From Alphaproteobacteria bacterium (GTDB taxonomy: Bacteria > Pseudomonadota > Alphaproteobacteria > UBA828), in the NCBI GenBank assembly GCA_022826665.1, contig JAJDUK010000024.1, positions 78,068 to 142,067 on the forward strand: a DNA stretch of 64,000 nt, read 5' to 3'. The notes beneath the pieces are model-generated. The model saw nothing but the letters and a program-made list of their open reading frames with translations, did not search any database and was not told the origin of the DNA. The position numbers and the translations under genes are program-made. Shown piece by piece: positions 32,601 to 40,822 of the stretch; within the stretch, counting starts at the first letter, position 1; each line of letters opens with the position of its first letter.

Positions 32601-33176
32601 GAGCAGTCGGGTCACATCCGCGAGGTCGGCATCGAGCTCTACCAGCACATGCTGGAAGAGGCCGTCGCCACCGCGCGTGCCGCTGCCGGCGGTGAGGCGC
32701 CACCGGCCGAGCGCTGGTCGCCGACCATCAGCCTCGGCACCTCGGTGCTGATCCCGGAGAGCTACGTGCGCGACCTCGACGTGCGGCTCACCCTCTATCG
32801 CCGCGTCGCCGCGCTCGAAGACCAGGCCGGGATCGACGCCTTCATCGACGAGCTGACCGACCGCTTCGGCCCGCCACCGGCCTCGGTGCACCACCTGCTG
32901 GAGATCATGGCGATCAAGCAGCTATGCCGGAAGAGCGGCATCGAGCGCGTCGAGGCCGGCCCGAAGGGCGCCGTGCTGAGCCTTTGCGACGGCGGCTTCG
33001 TCGAGCCCGCAGCGCTGGTCCGTTACGTATCGGCGCCGGAAAACGAGGTTCAGCTGCGGCCCGACAACCGCCTCGTCGCCACACGCCGCTGGCCCGACAC
33101 AGAGGCACGGCTGGAAGGCGTCCAGCGCATCCTGCGAGACCTTTGCGCCCTCGCCGGAGAGCCGACGCCGCAATAA
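29685..33176 (+). CDS. mfd: Transcription-repair coupling factor
   Basis: 1163 aa with a UvrB-homology N-terminus, RNAP-interaction domain, DEAD/DEAH helicase motifs (VVDEEQHFGV, TLTATPIPRTL) and a TRG/C-terminal domain. Confidence 0.95.
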   Translation: MLVPDRCLQALATPGETSLGGVPEGFAAAVLLGLAETQAAPVLYIARDDARLARLSAMLAFFDPDCAPVTIPAWDCLPYDRVSPRADIASRRLAGLVRLLGNGAARPQVVLTTVNAAVQRVPPRTMLADATLPLDAGASLDIETLLGYLERNGFVRTGTVMEAGDYAVRGGIVDIFPPNVERPVRLDFFGDVIETMHWFDPLSQRRAEAAGALHLAPVSEVLLNPQSIARFRGAYRRQFGAVSGDDPLYEAVSAGRRYPGIEHWLPMFHDGLETLFDYVSEGPVLLDHRAAEVRDDRFETIADFYGARANPPTSSVADTPYHPVPPEALFLDADEWERRLAGRPVVQCSPFVEAEGGADAGARDGRDFVAERAQRHGALFETVGEHIDNLQESGLRVLIAGGGAGSRDRMVRLLREHGVHAIEPVADWQAACALPPEMAAAAVLPLEQGFVSPRLAAIAEQDILGARASRPERRRRKPADEFLVDVAALADGDLVVHVDHGIGRYDGLVTLEVDHAPHDCLRILYEGDDRLFLPVENIELLSRYGSADRPVALDRLGGAGWQARKAKLKQRIRDMANQLIGLAAERATRPAPQLTAPGALYDAFCAGFPYVETDDQARAIDEAIGDLDAGRAMDRLICGDVGFGKTEVALRAAFHAVQVGKQVAVLTPTTLLARQHMQTFSERFARLPVEIAQLSRLVPAKEQAETRLGIAAGTVDIVIGTHALLGKQIAFNDLGLVVVDEEQHFGVAHKERLKQLKAEAHVLTLTATPIPRTLQMALSGVRDMSVIATPPVDRLAVRTFILPFDPVVVREALMREHLRGGQTFYVCPRIADLDEVAERVRRLVPEVKVAVAHGRLAARSLDSIMGDFYDGKFDVLVSTAIIESGLDLQRVNTMIVHRADRFGLAQLYQLRGRIGRAKLRGYAYLTLPPGHRLTDDAHKRLQVIHRLDGLGAGFSLASHDLDIRGAGNLLGAEQSGHIREVGIELYQHMLEEAVATARAAAGGEAPPAERWSPTISLGTSVLIPESYVRDLDVRLTLYRRVAALEDQAGIDAFIDELTDRFGPPPASVHHLLEIMAIKQLCRKSGIERVEAGPKGAVLSLCDGGFVEPAALVRYVSAPENEVQLRPDNRLVATRRWPDTEARLEGVQRILRDLCALAGEPTPQ

Positions 33177-33215
33177 CGTCACGCTGTCCAGGACGCGTAT
33201 CCGATTGCCAATTGT

Positions 33216-33232
33216 CTATACATATGCTATAC
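33216..33232. promoter_or_regulatory. Candidate TA operator: direct repeat CTATAC-atatg-CTATAC (centre CATATG palindromic) in an AT-rich promoter region
   Basis: Lies in the 105-bp lower-GC gap between the mfd stop and the DUF1778 antitoxin start. Type II TA complexes commonly autoregulate via such repeats. Confidence 0.35.
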
Positions 33233-33281
33233 AGCACTTTCTGAAGGTTAAGCGTCCGCAACCCGCGCGAGGGAAGCCAGA

Positions 33282-33539
33282 ATGGCCCAGGTCAACTTCC
33301 GGATGTCCGAAGAGCGACTCGCCTTCATCGACCGTGCGGCGGCGATCAGGGGTGTCACACGGACCGAGTTCGTGCTGCGGTCGAGCGAGGCGGCGGCGAT
33401 TGAGACTCTGAACGAGCGTCCGATTATCGCCCTCGACGATGAGGCCTGGGACGCATTCGTCGCCGTGCTGGACGCGCCGGTGGAATCCGACCCCGCCGTG
33501 AAGGAACGTTACGCACGCCGGCCGCAGTGGGACCGGTAG
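33282..33539 (+). CDS. DUF1778 (TacA/AtaR-like) type II antitoxin
   Basis: 85 aa. MAQVNFRMSEERLAFIDRAAAIRGVTRTEFVLRSS is an RHH-like DUF1778 N-terminus. Overlaps the downstream GNAT gene. Confidence 0.8.
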   Translation: MAQVNFRMSEERLAFIDRAAAIRGVTRTEFVLRSSEAAAIETLNERPIIALDDEAWDAFVAVLDAPVESDPAVKERYARRPQWDR

Positions 33540-34030
33540 CGGCGCCCGAGCCGCTCGGACCCCGGCACGACGTCTCGCAATTCTCATCGGGCGTGCCTGC
33601 CCTCGACGCCTGGCTGCAAGGCAAGGCACGTCTCAACGAGGCCAAGGGTGGCGCGCGCACCTATGTCGCGTGCGACGGCGACCGCGTGGCCGGCTTCTAC
33701 AGTCTGGCCGCAAGCGCCATCGAGAAGCGGCGGCTCTCGTCGCGGGCCGGCCGCAATATGCCCGAACCGGTCCCGGTCATCCTGTTGGGACAGCTTGCCG
33801 TGGACGGTGCCTACCAGGGTCGGCGGCTCGGCTCGGACCTGCTGGTCGACGCCACACGCCGTGCCCAGGCTGCGGCAGAGGTCATCGGCGCCCGCGCCAT
33901 TGTGGTGCAGGCCATCGACGAGCAGGCTAAGACGTTTTACGGGCGGTTCGGTTTTCGTCCGTTCTCGGATCGCGAGCCGCTGATGCTGATCCTTCGGATG
34001 TCCGAACTGGACGCGTTGCTGGAAGCGTGA
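33527..34030 (+). CDS. GNAT-family acetyltransferase toxin (TacT/AtaT/KacT-like, tRNA-acetylating)
   Basis: 167 aa. FSSGVPALDAWLQ, acetyl-CoA site QLAVDGAYQGRRLGSDLL and YGRFGF. Has the canonical DUF1778-GNAT pairing with a 13-nt overlap. Confidence 0.8.
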   Translation: MGPVAAPEPLGPRHDVSQFSSGVPALDAWLQGKARLNEAKGGARTYVACDGDRVAGFYSLAASAIEKRRLSSRAGRNMPEPVPVILLGQLAVDGAYQGRRLGSDLLVDATRRAQAAAEVIGARAIVVQAIDEQAKTFYGRFGFRPFSDREPLMLILRMSELDALLEA

Positions 34031-34118
34031 GCTGCACGGCCGGCTCGGGGGCGTGCGGCTCTCGCTGTAGGACCTCCGTGCGCTCGCGGGAGGTTTCGTC
34101 CCATGTTAACATCCTGAC

Positions 34119-34328
34119 ATGACTGAGCGACTCGAAGAGGCGATCGCGAAGCTGCGCAAGCTCCCGCCCGATCGTCAGGATGAAGCGGCCGCGGTGCTCT
34201 TGAGCATGGTTGACCAAGACTCCAATGCGCTCCACCTCACTCCGCAGCAGGCTGCCGAGGTCGAGCGTCGCCTCACTCAACCGTCACGGTACGTCCCGCA
34301 CGGCGTGGTCCAGGCCTCTTTCAGGTAA
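34119..34328 (+). CDS. Orphan addiction-module antitoxin-like small protein (CHP02574-like), no toxin partner
   Basis: 69 aa. MTERLEEAIAKLRKLPPDRQDEAAAVLLSMV ... LTPQQAAEVERRLTQ matches the conserved layout of the putative addiction module component family. No RelE/ParE-like ORF follows. Confidence 0.5.
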   Translation: MTERLEEAIAKLRKLPPDRQDEAAAVLLSMVDQDSNALHLTPQQAAEVERRLTQPSRYVPHGVVQASFR

Positions 34329-34361
34329 AGACCCGAATATCGACGCAGATCCGTCGGCAGC

Positions 34362-34694
34362 CTATCCGCCAGCCAGCTCGTTGACCTTGGCCGCCATGAT
34401 GAAATCGTTCTCGTGCAGGCCCTTGATCTTGTGGGTGTAGAACAGGACCGTGCAGTAGCCCCAGCCGAAGGTGATGTCGGGGTGATGGTCCTCGTCCTCA
34501 GCGAGATCGCCCACCTTGTTCACCAATGCGATGGACTCGGCGAAATCCCCGAGCTTGAAGGTGCGGCGAATCTTGGTGGCGTCGTCGATCAGCTCCCATC
34601 CCGGCGTTTGGTCCAGATACGCGCGTGCTTCGGCTTCTTCGAGGGGCGGGATGCCACCCCGGCAGGGTTCGCAGGTCTTGCTCGTCAGGCTCAT
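34362..34694 (-). CDS. phhB: 4a-hydroxytetrahydrobiopterin dehydratase (pterin-4-alpha-carbinolamine dehydratase)
   Basis: 110 aa. MSLTSKTCEPCRGG ... DHHPDITFGWGYCTVLFYTHKIKGLHENDFIMAAKVNEL. The track ORF 34362..35624 is spuriously extended. Confidence 0.85.
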   Translation of the reverse strand: MSLTSKTCEPCRGGIPPLEEAEARAYLDQTPGWELIDDATKIRRTFKLGDFAESIALVNKVGDLAEDEDHHPDITFGWGYCTVLFYTHKIKGLHENDFIMAAKVNELAGG

Positions 34695-34820
34695 GTCGTC
34701 CTCCGGCGGCGCGGGTCTCTCGCTTGGTCTCTCTGCCTTTGCGGTTGCGGTGGCGAGAGAGGGCTGGAAAGATATTCGCCATACTACGCCAAGACTCCGG
34801 CTGACGAAGGAACTTCGTGA

Positions 34821-36047
34821 ATGGCGCCGATGGACGCGGCCGTCGACGTCTCGCCCGAACCGTATATCCCCGCCGCCGGCGAGGGTGCGGCGCCCCGGCG
34901 CGTCACCATCCTGGGCTCCACGGGTTCGATCGGCTGCAACACCATCGACCTGATCGCCCGCCACCCGGTGGCCTTCGAGGTCGAGGCGTTGACCGCCCAG
35001 CGCAGCGTGGAGCGCCTCGCCGAGCAGGCCCGCGCGGTGGGCGCGAAGCAGGCCGTCATCGGCGATCCGGCGCACTACGGTGCCCTCAAGGAGGCGCTTG
35101 CCGGGACCGAAACGACCGCAGCCGCCGGTCCCGAAGCTCTGGTCGAGGCTGCCGCCGCACCCGCGGATTTCGTGATGGCCGGGATCGTCGGCGCGGCGGG
35201 GCTGAAGCCCACGCTCGCCGCCGCCGCACGAGGCGCGGTCATCGGCCTCGCCAACAAGGAGTGCCTGGTCTGCGCCGGCTCGCTCATGCTGGCCGAGGTC
35301 GAGCGTGGCGGGGCAACGCTGCTTCCAGTCGATTCGGAGCACAACGCCATCTACCAGGTGTTCGACTTCGAGCGCGCGGACAGCGTGGAGAAGATCGTGC
35401 TGACCGCCTCGGGCGGTCCCTTCCGCGAGGCGTCGGTGGAGACCATGGCGCAGGCCACGCCCGAACAGGCGGTGGCCCACCCCAACTGGGACATGGGCGC
35501 CAAGATTTCGGTGGATTCGGCGACGATGATGAACAAGGGCCTCGAAATGATCGAGGCCTTTCACTTGTTCCCGGTCGATGCGGAGCAGATCGAGGTGCTG
35601 GTGCATCCGCAATCGGTGATCCACAGCATGGTGGCCTACGAGGACGGCTCCGTGCTGGCGCAGCTCGGCACGCCCGACATGCGCACGCCGATCGCCTACG
35701 CCCTAGCGTGGCCGGCTCGCATGGCGGCGCCCTCGCCCCGGCTCGACCTCGCGACGCTCGGCCGTCTCACCTTCGAGCCGCCGGATGAGGTGCGCTTCCC
35801 CGCACTTCGGCTCGCGCGGGAGGCCCTGACCCAGGGCGGCAGCGCGCCGATCGTGCTCAATGCCGCCAACGAGATTGCCGTCGGCGGCTTTCTGGAGCGC
35901 CGCATCGGCTTCCTGGAAATCGCTCAGACGGTCGAACGCTGCCTGGAGCAAACCAACCATCGCGCCGTCACCGGGCTCGACGACGTGTACGAAATCGACG
36001 GCGCGGCCAGGGAGCACGCCGAGCGGCTGCTGGCCGGTGATACCTAG
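34821..36047 (+). CDS. dxr: 1-deoxy-D-xylulose 5-phosphate reductoisomerase
   Basis: RRVTILGSTGSIGCNTIDLI and LANKECLVCAG motifs. The start may be an internal Met. Confidence 0.9.
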   Translation: MAPMDAAVDVSPEPYIPAAGEGAAPRRVTILGSTGSIGCNTIDLIARHPVAFEVEALTAQRSVERLAEQARAVGAKQAVIGDPAHYGALKEALAGTETTAAAGPEALVEAAAAPADFVMAGIVGAAGLKPTLAAAARGAVIGLANKECLVCAGSLMLAEVERGGATLLPVDSEHNAIYQVFDFERADSVEKIVLTASGGPFREASVETMAQATPEQAVAHPNWDMGAKISVDSATMMNKGLEMIEAFHLFPVDAEQIEVLVHPQSVIHSMVAYEDGSVLAQLGTPDMRTPIAYALAWPARMAAPSPRLDLATLGRLTFEPPDEVRFPALRLAREALTQGGSAPIVLNAANEIAVGGFLERRIGFLEIAQTVERCLEQTNHRAVTGLDDVYEIDGAAREHAERLLAGDT

Positions 36048-36053
36048 AGGCCG

Positions 36054-36938
36054 ATGACGGCTTCCGCATCCGCGGCGGTGGAAACGGCAGGCGGCCAAGC
36101 GCCGGCCGCGCGCGAGGAAAACATCCGCGCGCTGATCCGCGCGAACACCGAGAATTTTCCCGTCGGCTCCTTCCTGATCCCGCCCGACTGCCGGCCTCAC
36201 GTCCATGCCTTCTACCTGTTCGCCCGCAAGGCCGACGACATCGCCGATGCGCCAACCATCCCGGCAGCCGAGAAGGTGGCCCGGCTGCAAGACGCGAGCG
36301 ACGCCCTCGGCAAGGACGAAGCCACCCTTCCCGACTGGGCCGTGCCCTATCACCGAAGCCTGATCGAGACCGGTTGTCCGGCGCAGAACGGGCGCGACCT
36401 GCTCTCCGCCTTCATCCAGGACGCGACCAAGCTACGCTATGCCGACTGGGACGACTTGATGGACTATTGCCAGCGTTCGGCGGCCTCGGTCGGCCGAGTA
36501 ATGATGGACATCCACGGGGAAAGTAGGCACGCCGATATCGAGGGCTCGGACGCGCTCTGCAATGCCCTCCAGGTGCTCAATCACCTGCAGGACTGTGGAG
36601 AGGATTACCTCGCGCTCGATCGCGTGTACGTGCCGGAACCCTGGCTGCAAGAAGCCGGCGGCAGCGTCGAGCTGCTCGCCGAGCGGCGGGCATCGCCGGC
36701 GGTCCGCCACGCCATCGACCGGTGCCTCGAAGGGACCGCCGATTTGCTGCGGCGCGCCGAAGCGATGCCGCCCTCGGTGCGCCGCCGGCGCTTTCGCTGG
36801 GAGTGCGCGGTGATCGTGAAGCTGGCCTGGGCGCTCCACAAACGTCTGAGTCGTGGCGACCCTCTTGCCAGCCGAGTCAGGGTGCCCAAAGTAAGCCGCG
36901 CCGGCCTCGCGCTGAGGGGCATCGTCCAAGCATGGTAA
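36054..36938 (+). CDS. hpnC: Squalene/phytoene synthase family, HpnC-like (hydroxysqualene synthase)
   Basis: AFYLFARKADDIADA first Asp-rich motif plus a second-motif region, 294 aa. Overlaps the next paralog as ATGGTAA. Confidence 0.75.
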   Translation: MTASASAAVETAGGQAPAAREENIRALIRANTENFPVGSFLIPPDCRPHVHAFYLFARKADDIADAPTIPAAEKVARLQDASDALGKDEATLPDWAVPYHRSLIETGCPAQNGRDLLSAFIQDATKLRYADWDDLMDYCQRSAASVGRVMMDIHGESRHADIEGSDALCNALQVLNHLQDCGEDYLALDRVYVPEPWLQEAGGSVELLAERRASPAVRHAIDRCLEGTADLLRRAEAMPPSVRRRRFRWECAVIVKLAWALHKRLSRGDPLASRVRVPKVSRAGLALRGIVQAW

Positions 36939-37810
36939 GCACAGCCGTCACCCTGCCGATTCCCGAAGCGCCCGACCCGAAGCGCTACGTCGCCGAGGTG
37001 ACGCGGGCGTCCGGGAGTTCGTTCTTCCTGCCGATGATGCTGCTGCCGCGCGAGAAGCGCGAGGCGATGCTGGCGCTCTACGCCTTCTGTCGGGAGACCG
37101 ATGACGTCGCCGACGAGATCGAGGACCCCGAAGAGTCGCGCGCGCTGATCGACGCTTGGCGGGGCGAGGTCCGCGCTCTCTACCAGGGCGCGCCGCGCCA
37201 TCCGGTGACCCGCGCGCTCGCCGTTCCGATCGAGCGCTTCGGGCTCGCCGAGAAGCACTTCATGGAAATTCTGGAGGGGTTCGAGATGGACGGCGGCGGC
37301 GCCATGCTGCGGCCCACCCTGGCCGAGCTCGAACGCTACTGCCACTGCGTCGCCGGCTGCGTCGGACTGCTCTCGGTCGAAATTTTCGAATATCGGGCGC
37401 GCACCATCCCCACCTTCGCGCGCCATCTCGGCCAGGCCTTCCAACTCACCAACATCCTTCGCGACGTGGCCGAGGACGCCAGGCGCGGCCGCATCTACCT
37501 GCCGCGAGAGCTGCTGGAGAAGCAGGGGCTCGCGGACATCAAGCCGGAGGCAATCGGGCGCACGCCCGGCGTGGAGAAGGTCTGCCGCTCACTCGGCGGG
37601 ATGGCACGGCGGCATTTCGGTGCCGCGAGCGAGGCACTGCCGCGTTCGGAACGCCGTTCCATGCGGCCGGCCATTCTCATGCGCAGCGTCTACGAGGCCT
37701 ATCTCGACCGCATCGAGCGGGCGAACTTCCCGGTCGCCGGCCGGCGCATCCGGTTCACCGCGACCCAGAAGCTGCGACTGGTCATGGGCGGTCTGTTACG
37801 GACGATCTGA
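36932..37810 (+). CDS. hpnD: Squalene/phytoene synthase family, HpnD-like (presqualene diphosphate synthase)
   Basis: MVSTAVT ... ALYAFCRETDDVADEIED ... NILRDVAEDARRGRIYLP. Start at the internal Met of the track ORF, overlapping the hpnC stop. Confidence 0.75.
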   Translation: MVSTAVTLPIPEAPDPKRYVAEVTRASGSSFFLPMMLLPREKREAMLALYAFCRETDDVADEIEDPEESRALIDAWRGEVRALYQGAPRHPVTRALAVPIERFGLAEKHFMEILEGFEMDGGGAMLRPTLAELERYCHCVAGCVGLLSVEIFEYRARTIPTFARHLGQAFQLTNILRDVAEDARRGRIYLPRELLEKQGLADIKPEAIGRTPGVEKVCRSLGGMARRHFGAASEALPRSERRSMRPAILMRSVYEAYLDRIERANFPVAGRRIRFTATQKLRLVMGGLLRTI

Positions 37811-37905
37811 CCAATCGACCGTCCCGGCGACGGGCGGCGGTGCCGCTTGGTGCTTGCCGGCCCCGACAGGGCAACCCTATAACCTGCCGCGCCGAGTCGA
37901 ACGGT

Positions 37906-38910
37906 ATGGCAGAAGGCAACGGCATGATCATCGTCACGGGCGGTGCGGGCTTCATCGGCTCGAACCTGATCGCCGCGCTGGAGGAGCGAGGCGAGGGCCC
38001 CTTGGTGGTCTGCGACAGGCCGGGCGCGGGCGGCAACGGCCGGACCATCGCCAAGCGAAAGCTCGATACCGTCGTCGAGCCGGCCGACCTCCCAGCCTAT
38101 CTCGCAGCCCAATCCGGGCAGGTGCGCGCCGTCTTTCACTTGGGCGCCATCTCGTCCACGACCGAAACCGATGCAAGCCTGCTCGCGCGGCACAACTATC
38201 GTTTCAGCCTGAACCTCTGGCACTGGTGCGCGGCTGAGGGCGTGCCGTTGATCTACGCCTCATCGGCCGCCACCTACGGAGACGGTTCGTGCGGATTCGA
38301 CGATGACGGTTCGATCCAGGCGCTCACCCGACTGAAGCCGCTCAGCGGCTACGGCCGTAGCAAGCATCTCTTCGATCGCCGTGTCGCTCACGAGGTGGCA
38401 GCGGGCGCACCGAGACCGCCGCAGTGGGCCGGCCTCAAATTCTTCAACGTCTATGGCCCCAACGAGTATCACAAGAACGGCCAGCGCAGCGTCCTGGCAA
38501 CCTCCTATCCGGACGCTGCCGAAGGCCGACCGATCCGCCTCTTCAAGTCCTGCGACTCGCGATACCCCGACGGCGGCCAGTGCCGCGACTTCGTGTGGGT
38601 CGGAGACTGTGTCGCCGTGATGCTGTGGCTGCTGGATAATCCGCAGATAAGCGGCTTGTTCAACGTCGGGACCGGAACGGCGCGCAGTTTTACGGCGCTT
38701 ACGAATGCGCTCTTCGCGGCACTCGGCCGCGCACCGTCGATCGACTATATCGAGATGCCGGAAGCCATACGCGCGCATTACCAGTACTTTACTGAGGCGC
38801 GGATGGGACGCCTCCGCCGCGCGGGCTACACCGCACCCTTCATGCCTATCGAAGAAGGTGTCGGCCGCTATGTGCGCGACTACCTGAGCCAGGACGATCC
38901 GTATCGATGA
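37906..38910 (+). CDS. hldD: ADP-L-glycero-D-manno-heptose-6-epimerase
   Basis: MIIVTGGAGFIGSNLI, YASSAATYG, GYGRSKHLFD and FFNVYGPNE. The track ORF 37156..38910 is spuriously extended upstream. Confidence 0.88.
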   Translation: MAEGNGMIIVTGGAGFIGSNLIAALEERGEGPLVVCDRPGAGGNGRTIAKRKLDTVVEPADLPAYLAAQSGQVRAVFHLGAISSTTETDASLLARHNYRFSLNLWHWCAAEGVPLIYASSAATYGDGSCGFDDDGSIQALTRLKPLSGYGRSKHLFDRRVAHEVAAGAPRPPQWAGLKFFNVYGPNEYHKNGQRSVLATSYPDAAEGRPIRLFKSCDSRYPDGGQCRDFVWVGDCVAVMLWLLDNPQISGLFNVGTGTARSFTALTNALFAALGRAPSIDYIEMPEAIRAHYQYFTEARMGRLRRAGYTAPFMPIEEGVGRYVRDYLSQDDPYR

Positions 38911-39734
38911 CCTTCGCCCTCGCCTTCCCCACCATCGACCCGGTGGCCGTGGAGATCGGCCCCGTCGCGATCCGCTGGTACGCGCTGTCCTACGTCGTCG
39001 GCCTGCTGCTCGGCTGGCAGTACGTCCGCTATCTCGCCGGGAATTGCATCGATGGGATGACCAAGCGCCACGCCGACGACCTGCTGGTGATGGGCACCCT
39101 CGGTGTGGTGGTGGGCGGCAGGCTGGGCTATGTGCTGTTCTATCAACCGGGCTACTACTTCTCCAATCCCGGTGAAATCTTCGTGGTCTGGCAGGGCGGG
39201 ATGTCCTTTCACGGCGGTGCCCTGGGCGTACTGGTCGTGGTGGTCCTCTACACCCGCATCATGAAGATTAGCCTGCTCTCCGTCGCCGATGCGGTTTGCG
39301 CACAGGTGCCGATCGGCCTCTTCCTGGGCCGTATGGCGAATTTCGTTAACGGCGAGCTGTACGGCCGGGTGAGCGATGTTTCATGGGCGATGGTGTTCCC
39401 CGGTGGCGGGCCCGAGCCCCGCCACCCGAGCCAGATTTACGAGGCAATCCTGGAAGGCCTGGTCCTGTTCACGATCCTCGCCGTCGCCGTGCACATGCGG
39501 CGGGTGGTCCGGCGACCGGGCACCGTCGCCGGGCTCTTCTTCGCCGGTTACGGCGTCGCCCGGATCATCGCCGAGCTGTTCCGCGAGCCGGATGCGTTCC
39601 TCGGCTTCATCCTGCCCGGCATCAGCATGGGGCAGGTGCTTTCCCTCCCGATGATCGTGCTCGGGCTCTTCCTCATCCTTCGCATCCCGCCGGTGCCTCG
39701 GATTGACGGACGTGCGGGCGGGCAGGCCGGGTAA
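38907..39734 (+). CDS. lgt: Prolipoprotein diacylglyceryl transferase
   Basis: IRWYALSYVVGLLLGW ... signature region GRMANFVNGELYGR. Confidence 0.9.
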   Translation: MTFALAFPTIDPVAVEIGPVAIRWYALSYVVGLLLGWQYVRYLAGNCIDGMTKRHADDLLVMGTLGVVVGGRLGYVLFYQPGYYFSNPGEIFVVWQGGMSFHGGALGVLVVVVLYTRIMKISLLSVADAVCAQVPIGLFLGRMANFVNGELYGRVSDVSWAMVFPGGGPEPRHPSQIYEAILEGLVLFTILAVAVHMRRVVRRPGTVAGLFFAGYGVARIIAELFREPDAFLGFILPGISMGQVLSLPMIVLGLFLILRIPPVPRIDGRAGGQAG

Positions 39735-40822
39735 TGAGCGCGCTTGCGGAAGAGATAAGGGAACGGATACGGCGCGACGGGCCGATCAGCGTTGCCACCT
39801 ACATGGAGCTTTGCCTCCATCATCCCACCCACGGCTATTACCGCCGGGGCCGGCCAATCGGTGCGGCCGGCGACTTCGTCACCGCGCCCGAGGTAAGCCA
39901 GATGTTCGGCGAACTGATCGGGCTCTGGTGCGCGGCGGTTTGGCAGAGCATGGGCCAGCCGCAGCGCGTGCGCCTCGTGGAGCTCGGGCCGGGCCGCGGC
40001 TCCCTCCTCGCCGATGCGCTGCGCGCCGCGGGGACCGTGCCCGCCTTTCGCGACGCCATCGACCTGCATCTCGTCGAGTCGAGCCAGAGCTTGCGCGCGG
40101 AGCAGGCCGTTCTGCTCGCTGACGCCCGCCCGACGTGGCACGAACACTTCGAGACTGTGCCCCCCGGCCCGGTGCTGGTCATCGCCAACGAGTTCTTCGA
40201 CGCGTTGCCGATCCGGCAATTCGAGCGGGTCGGCAACGCGTGGCAGGAGCGCGTCGTCACGCTCACGCCCTCATCCCAGGTACTCCGCTTCGCTGCCTCT
40301 GATTCGGTCCCCGTTGGGGATGGGCTCGGGTGCGCGCCGTCCGGCGCCATCGTCGAACGCGCACCGGCACGAGAGGCGCTTGCAGGCGCCATCGCCGCAC
40401 GCATCGTTGCCGATGGCGGCGCAGCGCTCATCATCGACTACGGGCCCGAGCGGCCAGGCTTCGGCGATACCCTGCAAGCGATGAAGCGGCACCGCCGCCA
40501 CGACGCGCTGGACGAGTCCGGCTCTGCCGACCTTACCGCTCACGTAGACTTCTCCTCATTGGCGGCAGCGGCCCGACACGCAGGCGCCGGCGTGTTCGGA
40601 CCCGTGTCCCAGGGAGATATCCTGAGAGCACTCGGAATCGACGCTCGGGCGGCCCAGCTGCGGCAGGGCGCGAGCGCCGATCAGGCCAAAAAAATCGACT
40701 CCGCGCTACGCCGCCTCACGGGCGTGCACGGGATGGGCACCCTGTTCAAGGCATTGGCGATCGCGCACCCGGCGCTGGATGCGCCACCGGGTTTCGAGAC
40801 TGAGGCAACTGCGGCGCCATGA
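39734..40822 (+). CDS. Class I SAM-dependent methyltransferase, DUF185 / NDUFAF7 (MidA)-like
   Basis: FVTAPEVSQMFGELIG ... LVELGPGRGSL ... ANEFFDALP. Conserved lgt-DUF185-pgeF gene order of alphaproteobacteria. Confidence 0.8.
   Translation: MSALAEEIRERIRRDGPISVATYMELCLHHPTHGYYRRGRPIGAAGDFVTAPEVSQMFGELIGLWCAAVWQSMGQPQRVRLVELGPGRGSLLADALRAAGTVPAFRDAIDLHLVESSQSLRAEQAVLLADARPTWHEHFETVPPGPVLVIANEFFDALPIRQFERVGNAWQERVVTLTPSSQVLRFAASDSVPVGDGLGCAPSGAIVERAPAREALAGAIAARIVADGGAALIIDYGPERPGFGDTLQAMKRHRRHDALDESGSADLTAHVDFSSLAAAARHAGAGVFGPVSQGDILRALGIDARAAQLRQGASADQAKKIDSALRRLTGVHGMGTLFKALAIAHPALDAPPGFETEATAAP

Noticed and set aside
37156-37905. Upstream 250 codons of track ORF 37156..38910 (hldD)
   Set aside because: Overlaps hpnD in a different frame with no domain content. 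hldD starts at MAEGNGMIIVTGG (37906).
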